Position numbers and translations under genes: made by a program
Notes under the pieces: generated by a model
What the model saw: only the letters and a program-made list of their open reading frames with translations
What the model was told of the DNA's origin: nothing
The model's database searches: none
Source: Nanobdellota archaeon
GTDB lineage: Archaea > Nanobdellota > Nanobdellia > Pacearchaeales > GW2011-AR1
Assembly (NCBI GenBank): GCA_038046005.1
Contig: JBBSXB010000001.1
Location: 52,769 to 116,768, forward strand
Length of the DNA stretch: 64,000 nt
Reading direction: 5' to 3'
Part shown: in pieces, positions 7,522-17,103 of the stretch
Layout of the letters: every line of letters starts with the position of its first letter
How positions within the stretch are numbered: the first letter of the stretch is position 1

Positions 7522-9465
7522 ATGTGGAGCTTATATAAAGGAGATAAATTTCTGGAACCTCTTCGTTTTTCTAATGGGAAATCTCAGGAAAATGTTGTTA
7601 GCGAAGTTCTGGAAGAGATAAAAAAAGGGACAAAGGTCATATTCATCAAAGGAGTCTGTGGAACTGGGAAAAGCGCCATAGCATTGAACATTGCTAGAAA
7701 AATTGGAAAAACTTCTATTGTTGTGCCTGGAAAAACTCTCCAAAGGCAATACAAAAAAGATTATGAAAATGAGAAATATGTTTTGAAAGATGATAAAACA
7801 AAATTAAAAATAAGTGTGATAACTGGGAGAAAGAACCATAAATGCAGATTTTTAATGGAAAACAAAGAGGCCATTCCTGTCGTAAAAAGAGAAATTAACT
7901 CTAAACTTCACGATATTTTTGCAGGGAAAAGAGAAGATATTGAAAATGAGATAAAAAAAGATGAGTCTGCAGATAATGATTCTTTGCCTTGTAAGATAGA
8001 GATAAAAGAAAGGAACTGGAACAAGTTGAAATCATATCTAAATCAAAACAAAGATGTTGACTCGAGTTCTTTCACAGAGTTAAGGGACGTAAAAAGAATT
8101 CCTGTAGCAAGTGTTTGTCCTTATTGGTCTCCGGTTTTGCCTGCAAGATTAGAACTTAAGGGAAAAATATTTGCTAACGCTAAAAAAAAGAAGTATATGG
8201 GCCTAGAAAATACTGAATTTATTTTCTATCAGAGAAAAGAAGGCTGTCCTTTTTACAGCCAGTTCAATTCTTTTATAGAGTCTGATGTTATAGTCTTTAA
8301 TTCAAGTAAATATAAAATAGAGTCTTCAATGAATAGAAAACCTTTGACAGAGGTAGAAATAATAGATGAGTGTGATGAATTCTTAGACAGTTTTTCAAAT
8401 CAAAAAAATCTTAATATAGAAAGGCTTCAAAATTCTTTGATTAATTATGTTAATGAAAATGAAAAAGATAAGAAGGAGATATCTGAGTTATTGGAAATAA
8501 TCCAGTATATTAAAAGAGATGCAAGAATAAATAATGCTATTGTTACAAAAGAAATAATCCCTCTAAAAGAAACGGGAGTTTATGATTTATTAAAAATTAT
8601 ATTAAAAAGTTCTGGAATTTTTGAAGAAGCTGATGATGAAAGCTATCTTTTTGATTGTGAGGAGATAGCAAAGACTTTCAAGGATTTTGTTAATGAAACT
8701 TACATCACTGCTGAAAAAAAAGACAAAAACATTATAATTAGTTTAGTTACGACAAATCTCGCAAAAAAGTTTAAAGAAATGGTTGATAAAAATAAAGCTA
8801 TAGTTTTAATGTCTGGAACTTTACATTCTAATCAAGTGTTAAAAGATATTTTTGGATTGGATAATTTTAAAGTTATTGAGGCTGAGGTTGAGAGCCAAGG
8901 AAGCATAATCGTGAAAAAAACAGGTTTTGAAAAAGATTTTAAATATTCTAATTTGTCCAATGGAAAACATTCAAGGGAAGAATATCTTAAAGCTTTGAAT
9001 AAATGTGTTGAGATTGCGAAAAGACCGACACTCATACATATCAATGCATTCATGGATTTGCCAAGCAATCAAGAAATTCAAGAATATGATCTGAAAAATT
9101 TGATAAGCAGAGATGAAATAAAAGATTCGCAGTCACAGAATAACGAAGTGGAGACTATAAACAAATTCAAAAATAAAGAAGTAGATGTTTTGTTCTCGAC
9201 TAAGGTTTCAAGAGGCATGGATTTTCCCGGAGATGAATGCAATAGTATTGTTTTTACAAAATACCCAAATCCAAACGTACAAGATCCTTTTTGGAAAATA
9301 TTAAACAGAACAAGACCTGAGCATTATTGGGAGTTTTACAGGGATAAAGCTAAAAGAGAATTGTGGCAGAAGATATACAGAGGCTTGAGATTTAAAGAAG
9401 ACAAAGTTGAAGTTTTAAGCCCTGATGTAAGAGTGTTGGATTTTTTTGAAAATAAAGGGAAATGA
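7522..9465 (+). CDS. Rad3/XPD-family Fe-S DNA helicase (superfamily 2)
   Basis: Walker A GVCGTGKS, DExD-like IIDECDEF, XPD-type SGTL motif (LMSGTLHS), four Cys spaced as in the XPD 4Fe-4S domain (KCRF, LPCKIE, SVCPYW, EGCPFY), C-terminal RGMDFPGDECNSIVFTKYPNP. The track ORF begins at a GTG inside the tRNA, so the start was moved to ATG 7522. Confidence 0.65.
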   Translation: MWSLYKGDKFLEPLRFSNGKSQENVVSEVLEEIKKGTKVIFIKGVCGTGKSAIALNIARKIGKTSIVVPGKTLQRQYKKDYENEKYVLKDDKTKLKISVITGRKNHKCRFLMENKEAIPVVKREINSKLHDIFAGKREDIENEIKKDESADNDSLPCKIEIKERNWNKLKSYLNQNKDVDSSSFTELRDVKRIPVASVCPYWSPVLPARLELKGKIFANAKKKKYMGLENTEFIFYQRKEGCPFYSQFNSFIESDVIVFNSSKYKIESSMNRKPLTEVEIIDECDEFLDSFSNQKNLNIERLQNSLINYVNENEKDKKEISELLEIIQYIKRDARINNAIVTKEIIPLKETGVYDLLKIILKSSGIFEEADDESYLFDCEEIAKTFKDFVNETYITAEKKDKNIIISLVTTNLAKKFKEMVDKNKAIVLMSGTLHSNQVLKDIFGLDNFKVIEAEVESQGSIIVKKTGFEKDFKYSNLSNGKHSREEYLKALNKCVEIAKRPTLIHINAFMDLPSNQEIQEYDLKNLISRDEIKDSQSQNNEVETINKFKNKEVDVLFSTKVSRGMDFPGDECNSIVFTKYPNPNVQDPFWKILNRTRPEHYWEFYRDKAKRELWQKIYRGLRFKEDKVEVLSPDVRVLDFFENKGK

Positions 9466-9759
9466 CCAGAGGAGTGTTTGTTTTTTCTTAAATTTGCAAT
9501 AGAGGAATATTATTATACTGGAAATTAAATATGAAATTAGCAAAGATAAAATTGATAAGATTAAAGGATTTACTTCTATTCTCCAAGGAGATTTACATCC
9601 ATATTTATAATATTCTTCAGGAGGAACAGTTTCATCTGGATCAACACACATAGTAGCTGTAAGCATAAATGAATAAAGAAATATTGTTATGAATAGAAAT
9701 AAAAATAAGACTACTTTTCCAACAGTTGGTTTGAAAAACTCTTTTAGTCTTTTACTCAT
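9415..9759 (-). CDS. Hypothetical small membrane protein
   Basis: Two hydrophobic segments. Overlaps the convergent helicase 3' end by about 50 nt, so possibly spurious. Confidence 0.25.
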   Translation of the reverse strand: MSKRLKEFFKPTVGKVVLFLFLFITIFLYSFMLTATMCVDPDETVPPEEYYKYGCKSPWRIEVNPLILSILSLLISYLISSIIIFLYCKFKKKQTLLWSFPFIFKKIQHSYIRA

Positions 9760-9898
9760 ACTTCTTATAATAAAAAGCAAATTTATAATCTTTACTAAAA
9801 ACCAGGTGTTTGTTTACTTTGAAGATTTCAAAGGAAAATATGTTATTTTTAATGGAGAGTAGATTATTTACTCTGATTTCATCCAAGAAAGAAGTAAA

Positions 9899-9997
9899 CG
9901 CCCCCGCCAGGAATCGAACCTGGAAGCCCAGAGGGCCTGGTTCTCTTGTCTAAATCTCAAACTCAAGACCAGTGCTCTACCATTGAGCGACGGAGGC
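9899..9997 (-). tRNA. tRNA-Ser (anticodon TGA) with 19-nt intron after position 37
   Basis: Sense strand reads GCCTCCG-TC-GCTC-AATGGTA-GAGC-A-CTGGT-CTTGAG[TTTGAGATTTAGACAAGAG]A-ACCAG, a long variable arm GCCCTCTGGGCTT, CCAGG-TTCGATT-CCTGG, CGGGGGC-G. Class II structure and G73 discriminator are consistent with Ser. Confidence 0.7.
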
Positions 9998-10019
9998 AAT
10001 ATAATTAAATTAACTGGTG

Positions 10020-10031
10020 AGTTTTAAAGGT
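10020..10031 (-). promoter_or_regulatory. Putative TATA box (CCTTTAAAAC on minus strand) for tRNA-Ser
   Basis: TTTAAAA element about 26-31 nt upstream of the tRNA-Ser 5' end. Confidence 0.35.
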
Positions 10032-10150
10032 TTTGTTATTTTGCACTTCGCTACACTCAGCGAATTGATAAAATATTAATAGAAAACAGCTAGGAATAAT
10101 CAATTATCAAAGTCCAACAAAAAATACATTAAATCTAAATTTTTAAAGAA

Positions 10151-10432
10151 TCAATCAAATCCGAGAAGTCTTCTCCACCAGGATGCTTTTACAGGCATAG
10201 AATGATCGTTTTCATCCATTATCTCATGGGTTATAACCGGCTTTTCTTTAAGAATGGGAGCCTCAGATGCAAGTTGTTTAGTGGCGTCCCTCATTGCCTC
10301 TTCTATGAATGTCCTTGAATATCCTTGATTTACCAAAGCCCACTTCAAAGATTCCATAGTGTAGCCTTTTTTCAGATTATTCTTAAAATATTCTGCAAGT
10401 CTTCTCTTTCTTTCGTTTTCTCTTTCACCCAT
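10151..10432 (-). CDS. Hypothetical protein (93 aa)
   Basis: Basic N-terminus. No recognised family. Confidence 0.35.
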   Translation of the reverse strand: MGERENERKRRLAEYFKNNLKKGYTMESLKWALVNQGYSRTFIEEAMRDATKQLASEAPILKEKPVITHEIMDENDHSMPVKASWWRRLLGFD

Positions 10433-10471
10433 AAAAAAATCATGAATTTAGAGTTTAAAAAGTTAGTTGTT

Positions 10472-11950
10472 CTAGACAATCTTTATTGGACTGTATTTTT
10501 TACAGAATCCTATTGCCTGCCTTAACCTTATTTTCGAATCAGAATAGATTGTTAGTATCTTATCTCCTTTTTTAACGCTCTCTTTAAGGTGATGGTAAAG
10601 GTATACTCCTGAAGATTTGTATGTCGGACAACCGACCGTCCTGGCAAGAGAATTTATTTTCTTATTGTCTATCTCCTTGATTCTTCCAGATTTGTATGAA
10701 AGCACATCGTGTTTGAATTTTCCAAGCTTAGGGTTTCTGACTTTTCCTTTTTGCGCTTTGATAATCTCCTTAAATTTATCGAATGCCCTTCCACAAACGA
10801 GAATCTCTTTGGCCATTGAAAAACCCTTGTCGGGTTTTGCTTTCCTGACCATTTCCAACAATTCACCGGCAAGAAATAAAGATTTATTCTCCAAGTCCAT
10901 TGGTCTGTCCTGATCCTGACGAAAAACTTTGAGTATGTCTGAGAGCTCCAACTCTGGACCTACACCATTGCCAATTGGCTGGCTACCATCAGTTAAAACA
11001 ACTTTTATTTTTTTATGGAAGTATTTTCCTATTTTTTCAAATTTTCTTTTGAGCCTTATTGCTGTTTTTTTGTCAACTTTAGCAGTTTTTCCATATGGAA
11101 TGTCTATCAAAATGTAACTGCTTCCACTGGCCAATTTTTTTGATATTATCGAAGCCAAAAGATGGGCCTCTGGGTCCAAGTTTAAAATTTTTTCAATCTG
11201 GATTATTTTTGAATCTGCAGGCACTATTCCCAAAGAGCCGCCCCAAATTATGAAGGCGTTAGTTTTTTTTATTATTTTTTTCAATTCTTTATTAGAAAAT
11301 TCAACTTTTGCAATTGTCTCTATCACATCTGCAGTTCCTGCTGCGCTTGTTATGGCCCTGGAAGAACTTTTTGGCATGATTAATCCTGCAGCGGCACAAA
11401 TTGAGACAACTAGGGGGGTTGTCCTGTTGGCAGGAATTCCACCTATGCAATGTTTATCAACAACAAGTTTGTTTCTTAAAGATAATTTTTCTCCAGTTTC
11501 TAAAATTGCTTTAATCAGATAAATTGTTTCCTTAAAGGTCATTCCTTGTTTGTATACGGCAGAAACAAAAAGTGCTAATTCCGGGCCAGACAGAGAGTTA
11601 TTAACAACATCTTCGATGATTTCTTTTATTTCTTTTTGTGACAGCCTTCCCCGATTAAGTTTTTTCTTTATTAAATCTAAACTGTCTGGGGGTTCTGAAA
11701 GTGAAACAATTATTTTTTGGCCCTTTTTTAGATTAAGCATCTTTGCTATTTCTGAAGAAACTCCAATTTCTCCCTCCCTAATGAATTTTGAAGCTATGTC
11801 AACAATTGCAGAAAGTTCTTTAGAAGTAGATGAAGACTTTAATGAAGCCCTTCCCCCTGGAGGCACACCTATTTTGTTCGCTGTTTTTTCATCAATAACC
11901 ACAACAGGAAATCCAGTAGACCAGTTTAATAACTTAACTTTTAGTTCCAT
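10472..11950 (-). CDS. deoA: AMP phosphorylase (thymidine phosphorylase/DeoA family, archaeal type)
   Basis: 492 aa, the length of archaeal AMP phosphorylases with their N-terminal extension. Pyrimidine-nucleoside phosphorylase motifs DKHCIGGIP, TSAAGTAD, and GxGxxD-like region. Confidence 0.8.
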   Translation of the reverse strand: MELKVKLLNWSTGFPVVVIDEKTANKIGVPPGGRASLKSSSTSKELSAIVDIASKFIREGEIGVSSEIAKMLNLKKGQKIIVSLSEPPDSLDLIKKKLNRGRLSQKEIKEIIEDVVNNSLSGPELALFVSAVYKQGMTFKETIYLIKAILETGEKLSLRNKLVVDKHCIGGIPANRTTPLVVSICAAAGLIMPKSSSRAITSAAGTADVIETIAKVEFSNKELKKIIKKTNAFIIWGGSLGIVPADSKIIQIEKILNLDPEAHLLASIISKKLASGSSYILIDIPYGKTAKVDKKTAIRLKRKFEKIGKYFHKKIKVVLTDGSQPIGNGVGPELELSDILKVFRQDQDRPMDLENKSLFLAGELLEMVRKAKPDKGFSMAKEILVCGRAFDKFKEIIKAQKGKVRNPKLGKFKHDVLSYKSGRIKEIDNKKINSLARTVGCPTYKSSGVYLYHHLKESVKKGDKILTIYSDSKIRLRQAIGFCKKYSPIKIV

Positions 11951-12004
11951 CTCTTTTAAAATAAGTAATTTAAATAAAAAAAGAATATTTGTTTTTATAT
12001 TTAT

Positions 12005-13042
12005 CTAATCTTTTTTTAGCAAGGTTGAATAAAAATTTTTATGGCCCCCTCTAAGCACTTCAAGAATTATGAGTAAATAAGAAAGTATCAAGGGGCCTAA
12101 CAAAAGCCCAAGGATGCCAAATACGAATATACCCCCAGTCATTCCAATTAAGATTATAGCAGAATGTATTTGTAATCTTCGTGAAACAAAAAATGATCTG
12201 TAAAAATGTTCAACATTTGAAGCAATTATTCCGAAAGCAAAAATTCCGAAAGCGTCAAAAGTACGATTGTTAATCAAGAGGTATATGACTACCGGAATCC
12301 AGACCAACATAGGTCCTAAGATAGGTAACACACCAACAACTATTGCCACTACACTTAATAACAAAGCATTAGGGACACCAAATAAGAACAAACCACTGGA
12401 CAGAACTACTCCTTGAATGAATCCTATAACAATCTGCCCGTAAAGAAGGGAGGCAGTCATGTCCTTCGAATATCTAAATATTTTTTCCTCAACTTCTTTT
12501 GAAAACGGGGAAAGACTCTTTACAAACTCAAAAATTTTGTCTTTGTCTCTAAGAGCAAAATAAAAAGTGAATAACACCACTAAGATGTGAAGCAATATAT
12601 TCGGCAGATTGAGAATAAAACTTGAAAAAGTATTTAATACGGAGTTTGCCACTTTGGGAATAAAAGATTGTATTGTGCCGGCAACCTCAGAAGAAAATTG
12701 CTCTGAAGCAAAAAAAGAAGGGGAGATTTGTCTGAGCAATCCAACAAAATCCATATTTTGAGCGGAAACATAAAATTTGAATGATTGATTTATAAGTATT
12801 GGGGTAAAAAGCCAAATTGGGATAACAATCAGCAAAAGCAAGATAATAGTGACTATCGACGCTGAAAGGTTTGGCATTTTAAAGTGTTTCAAAAGAAATT
12901 TGTATATTGGATAAAATATGAACGCAAGAATAAATCCGATTATTATATCCATGATAATTGGCCTTACAACTATAAAAGAAAGAATCAAAAGTACCACTAT
13001 AAGAATTATAGTTGAGGTTTTCCTAAATGAGTTATCTTCCAT
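12005..13042 (-). CDS. AI-2E family (UPF0118/PerM-like) membrane transporter
   Basis: About 345 aa, 7-8 TM helices. Conserved C-terminal pattern VVGVLPILGPMLVWIPVVIYLLI typical of the AI-2E family. Start taken at internal Met (MEDNSF...). Confidence 0.55.
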   Translation of the reverse strand: MEDNSFRKTSTIILIVVLLILSFIVVRPIIMDIIIGFILAFIFYPIYKFLLKHFKMPNLSASIVTIILLLLIVIPIWLFTPILINQSFKFYVSAQNMDFVGLLRQISPSFFASEQFSSEVAGTIQSFIPKVANSVLNTFSSFILNLPNILLHILVVLFTFYFALRDKDKIFEFVKSLSPFSKEVEEKIFRYSKDMTASLLYGQIVIGFIQGVVLSSGLFLFGVPNALLLSVVAIVVGVLPILGPMLVWIPVVIYLLINNRTFDAFGIFAFGIIASNVEHFYRSFFVSRRLQIHSAIILIGMTGGIFVFGILGLLLGPLILSYLLIILEVLRGGHKNFYSTLLKKD

Positions 13043-13104
13043 ATTATTATTACTAACTAGAAGTGCATGAAATTTATAAAGGTTTTTGAACAAAAATTTA
13101 GATA

Positions 13105-13812
13105 ATGAACTTCATAAAAAAGATATTTGATGGTAAAATTGATCAAAGTGTTCATCTTCAATTCCAGAAGTTTAGTAAAGGCGAGTTTAAGAGAAGAGCT
13201 TTAGTGAGAGTAAAAAATACCGGAGGAAAATTTAGCATTTCAACAAGCACAGAGTTTGCAAAAGAATTTATTAGAATATGTGCAGAAAAACTTGGGAACA
13301 ATAGAACTGGTATTACTGGAATAATTGTCTCAACCCTTGATCTTACCGGCCAACTAGAATTTAAAGATAAAAAGCAGTTTCAGGGCGTTAAAAAGTATAT
13401 TATAGACAACGAAATGTCTGGAAAAGAGATTATATCTTTATTAGAAAAGTTTCCAAAAGCTTTTTTTGCTTTAACTTTTAGCTTTGGGAATAATATTTTA
13501 AAAATAAAGCCGAAGCTTCCTAAATCTGGAAAACCTGGATCAAAAGGAGAAGATGAAATAAAACCAGATTTTTGCAAACTTGTCACAGATGATAAAGCTT
13601 TAGGGGAAAGTTTTGTTTTTGAAAGCTCCGGGTTTAAAGAAGCAGCCATAGCCCATGATTTTGTTATAACTGGCATAGTAATTTCGCCTGAATTGAAAAA
13701 GAGCAATGATTTTGCAAAAATTAGGGAAGAAGCGAAAAGAAAGGGCAAGATTGTAAGGAAAGGCAAAATTGATGGAAAAGAATTTATAAGTGAAAAAGAT
13801 TTTGAAGCTTAG
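13105..13812 (+). CDS. Hypothetical protein (235 aa)
   Basis: Two domains separated by a Lys/Pro/Gly-rich linker (KIKPKLPKSGKPGSKGEDE). No recognised family. Confidence 0.4.
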   Translation: MNFIKKIFDGKIDQSVHLQFQKFSKGEFKRRALVRVKNTGGKFSISTSTEFAKEFIRICAEKLGNNRTGITGIIVSTLDLTGQLEFKDKKQFQGVKKYIIDNEMSGKEIISLLEKFPKAFFALTFSFGNNILKIKPKLPKSGKPGSKGEDEIKPDFCKLVTDDKALGESFVFESSGFKEAAIAHDFVITGIVISPELKKSNDFAKIREEAKRKGKIVRKGKIDGKEFISEKDFEA

Positions 13813-14270
13813 TGCCCCGTTGGTTTTCTGGAACTACTACCTCTCCCATTACCTCTTTTGTGGCCGTTAGAGTAATCTATTCTCGTTGTTAATCCATTAG
13901 AACGCCCTTCTGTTTCTGAAATTATTCCATAATCGCAAAGAACTTCCTCTAACCTCTTAGGGGAAAAACCGAGAATTTTGGCCGCCATTTTTTTATTTTG
14001 GCTAACCAAACTATAAATTTTCTTAACTGTATCTTTCGGAGGTATTGAGAAACCTTTTCTGGTTGAATAATTATTTTCACTTCTTGCCAATCTAGCAAAA
14101 AAATCCTGAGGGATATATTCTTTATGTAAATGTTCATAAAGCCTGCTAGCTATCATAGGACTATTACCTGCAGCTAATAAAACAGCACGCATAGATGGTG
14201 AGTCGTATTTTGTTGAAACCATTAAAAGTCCCATGAAATTTAGTTTAAAAATGTTATCCCCCTTCATCAT
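13809..14270 (-). CDS. Hypothetical protein with probable HTH and Arg/Gly-rich C-terminal tail
   Basis: AAKILGFSPKRLEEVLCDYGI resembles a helix-turn-helix. C-terminus GHKRGNGRGSSSRKPTGH. True start uncertain (several in-frame Met). Confidence 0.3.
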   Translation of the reverse strand: MMKGDNIFKLNFMGLLMVSTKYDSPSMRAVLLAAGNSPMIASRLYEHLHKEYIPQDFFARLARSENNYSTRKGFSIPPKDTVKKIYSLVSQNKKMAAKILGFSPKRLEEVLCDYGIISETEGRSNGLTTRIDYSNGHKRGNGRGSSSRKPTGH

Positions 14271-14352
14271 AAAAAGCTTTATAAATCAACTTTTTCTCAG
14301 TAATTTATCCAGGGTAGAATTAAAATGATTTCCGCATCAACAATAGTAAGAA

Positions 14353-15300
14353 ATGCCTACAAGAAAATCACCGAGAAAGGGAAGTTTACAATATTGGCCA
14401 AGAAAAAGGGCCAGTAAGTTTTTGCCTAGTGTCAACTGGAATTCTATAAGCACTGAATCTAAAGGCCTTAAGGGAATTATAGCTTACAAAGCTGGAATGA
14501 TGTCTGCCCATGTAAAAGACAAGACCCCCGACTCCATGACTAAGGGAAAAAAGATTGCTATTCCAGTGACAATTCTTGAATGCCCAAACAACAAAATATT
14601 TTCAGTAAGGTTTTACAAAAATGGGATAGTTGTGAAAGAAGTCCTGGCCGAGAATCTTGATAAAGAATTGTCTAAAAAAATAAAACTTCCCCATAAAAAG
14701 TCTGAGAAATTAGAAGATGTTAAGGAAAATGAATATGACGACATTAGAGTTATAATTTATTCTGAGGCTAAAAAAACTGAGATAAAAAAAATTCCAGATT
14801 TAAGTGAGATTGGACTTTCTGGAGATGTGAAAGAAAAATTTGAATTTGTTAAAAACCATCTTGGAAAAGATATTTCTGTCGACGATGTTTTCAAAGCCGG
14901 AGAATTAATTGATGTTAGAGGTTTAACAAAGGGTAAAGGTCTTCAAGGGGCTGTGAGAAGATTTGGGATACAGCTTAAATCACATAAATCAGAAAAAGGA
15001 AGAAGAAGGGCTGGAAGCCTTGGACCTTGGCATCCCGCAAGAGTAACTTTTAGAGTTCCACAAGCAGGACAATTGGGAATGTTTACAAGAGTCACATACA
15101 ACAACAAAATTGTGAGTATCAAAAAAATGCAAGACAGCCCCATCAGAAATATTAAAAACTATGGAGATATAAAAACAAATTACATAGTTGTTTGTGGATC
15201 TATTCAAGGGCCATCAAAAAGACAGTTAATAATTACAAAGCCTTTAAGACCAACCAGAAAACAAGTAAAAAAAGATTATGAGCTTATGGAGCTGTTATGA
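14353..15300 (+). CDS. rpl3: Ribosomal protein L3 (uL3)
   Basis: 315 aa. N-terminal PRKGSLQYWPRKRA. Conserved uL3 core. Confidence 0.9.
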   Translation: MPTRKSPRKGSLQYWPRKRASKFLPSVNWNSISTESKGLKGIIAYKAGMMSAHVKDKTPDSMTKGKKIAIPVTILECPNNKIFSVRFYKNGIVVKEVLAENLDKELSKKIKLPHKKSEKLEDVKENEYDDIRVIIYSEAKKTEIKKIPDLSEIGLSGDVKEKFEFVKNHLGKDISVDDVFKAGELIDVRGLTKGKGLQGAVRRFGIQLKSHKSEKGRRRAGSLGPWHPARVTFRVPQAGQLGMFTRVTYNNKIVSIKKMQDSPIRNIKNYGDIKTNYIVVCGSIQGPSKRQLIITKPLRPTRKQVKKDYELMELL

Positions 15301-16127
15301 AATCAAACATTTTAGATATTGAGGGAAAGAAAGTAAAAGAAATAAACTTACCTAGTATTTTTTCTGCTCCAATAAGAGAAGACATTGTTGTTAAGGTATT
15401 AGAAGCAAAAAAGAGAAAACAGCCTTATGCTCCGTCACTTACGGGGGGAAAACATCACTCTGCCAGCGGAAAAATGAGGCATAGGAGACATGTTTGGCAA
15501 ACTCATTACGGAAAAGGAATTTCCAGAATTCCTAGAAAGGTTATGTCGCGTAGGGGAACGCAATTCAACTGGGTAGGTGCTGAAGTTGCTTCTACAAGAG
15601 GAGGAAGAAGAGCTCACCCTCCAAAAGTCATATCCATGTTCAGTATAAATAAAATAAACAAGAAAGAACTAAGGATTGCATTAATCTCGGCTTTAAGTGC
15701 TACTGCAAAAGCAGAAATTGTTGCATCAAAGTACAAAAGATTAGAAGAAAATAAAATATCACATCTTCCGTTTATTGTCGAGGGAAAAATTGCTTCCCTT
15801 AAGACAAAAGAGCTTATTTCTTCTGTTAAAAAAATACTTGGAGATGATTTATTTGAAGTTGCATTAAAAATTAAAACTCAAAGAGCAGGGATAGGAAAAA
15901 TGAGAGGAAGAAGGTACAAGAGCAATGCTGGTTTGTTGATTATTGTAGGAAATAATGAAGAGTTAAAAGCTAATGTTTTTGAAATAAAAAATTTAAACAG
16001 CTTAAGTGTGAATGATCTTGCTAAAGGGGGATTGGGCAGACTTACGCTCTACACCGAACAAGCAATTAAAGAGATTGATAATAAATTGTCTAGTAAACAA
16101 AACATCCAATCACAGGAGAATAAATGA
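15297..16127 (+). CDS. rpl4: Ribosomal protein L4 (uL4)
   Basis: 276 aa. Overlaps the L3 stop by 4 nt. Confidence 0.9.
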   Translation: MKSNILDIEGKKVKEINLPSIFSAPIREDIVVKVLEAKKRKQPYAPSLTGGKHHSASGKMRHRRHVWQTHYGKGISRIPRKVMSRRGTQFNWVGAEVASTRGGRRAHPPKVISMFSINKINKKELRIALISALSATAKAEIVASKYKRLEENKISHLPFIVEGKIASLKTKELISSVKKILGDDLFEVALKIKTQRAGIGKMRGRRYKSNAGLLIIVGNNEELKANVFEIKNLNSLSVNDLAKGGLGRLTLYTEQAIKEIDNKLSSKQNIQSQENK

Positions 16128-16399
16128 AACACGAACTAGTAGAAGATAAGGACATTATACAATTAAAACCAATAGTCACGGAAAAGGCAGTTATGTTGAT
16201 TGAATCACAAAACGTGCTAACATTTAAGGTAGACAAAAGAAAAACAAAAAAGGACATATCAAAAGAGATTGAAGAAGTTTTAGAAGTTGAGGTGGAAAAA
16301 ATAAGAACGCATATAAAGAGAAACCACAAGTATGCTTATGTCAAATTAAAACCAAAATTCCTAGCTATAGATGTAGCAACGAAGCTGGGGTTGATATAA
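16124..16399 (+). CDS. rpl23: Ribosomal protein L23 (uL23)
   Basis: 91 aa. ATGA overlap with L4. Confidence 0.9.
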   Translation: MKHELVEDKDIIQLKPIVTEKAVMLIESQNVLTFKVDKRKTKKDISKEIEEVLEVEVEKIRTHIKRNHKYAYVKLKPKFLAIDVATKLGLI

Positions 16400-16400
16400 T

Positions 16401-17096
16401 ATGGGAAAAAGAATAATTGTTCAAGCAAGAGGACATGGAAGTAATAGTTATAGAGTTAGAAGAAACGCTTTCAAATATAGAATAAAATATCCTAAAAAGT
16501 TGGAAGGAGAAGGAGTTATAATAAAATTAGTAAATTCAACTGGTCACATGGCCCCATTGGCAAAAATTAAATCTAAGGATGAAATTTTTTTCATGCCGGC
16601 ATTTAAAGGAATGATCGAAAATCAAAGTATCAAATTTGGGGGAAATGAAGTTAAAATTGGAAATGTAATGACGCTGAGGAATATTCCCGTAAAAACACAA
16701 ATTTATAATATAGAATCAAGGCCTGGAGATGGGGGAGTTTTCATAAGAACAGCAGGAACATCGGCTGAAATCAGCAAAGTTGTTGGAGAAAATATTTTTG
16801 TTGTAATGCCTTCAAAAAAAGAACGTGTATTCCATGGAAATTGCAGAGCAACAATTGGATCAATCGCCGGTTCTGGAAGACTTGAAAAACCAATTGTAAA
16901 AGCTGGGAAGAATTTTTATATTCGAAAGTCAAGAAATAAATTGTGGCCTAGAACTTCTGCAGTCAAGATGAACGTCATAGATCATCCTTTCGGTTCTGGT
17001 AGAGGGAAAAGAATCAAAAGTAAGATTGCAAAGAGAAATGCCCCGCCTGGTGCAAAGGTTGGGTTAATAAGGCCTAGAAGAACAGGTAAGCCTTAA
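16401..17096 (+). CDS. rpl2: Ribosomal protein L2 (uL2)
   Basis: 231 aa. GRNAxGxxxxxHxGGG-like C-terminal region (KMNVIDHPFGSGRGKR). Confidence 0.9.
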   Translation: MGKRIIVQARGHGSNSYRVRRNAFKYRIKYPKKLEGEGVIIKLVNSTGHMAPLAKIKSKDEIFFMPAFKGMIENQSIKFGGNEVKIGNVMTLRNIPVKTQIYNIESRPGDGGVFIRTAGTSAEISKVVGENIFVVMPSKKERVFHGNCRATIGSIAGSGRLEKPIVKAGKNFYIRKSRNKLWPRTSAVKMNVIDHPFGSGRGKRIKSKIAKRNAPPGAKVGLIRPRRTGKP

Positions 17097-17103
17097 AATT
17101 AAA

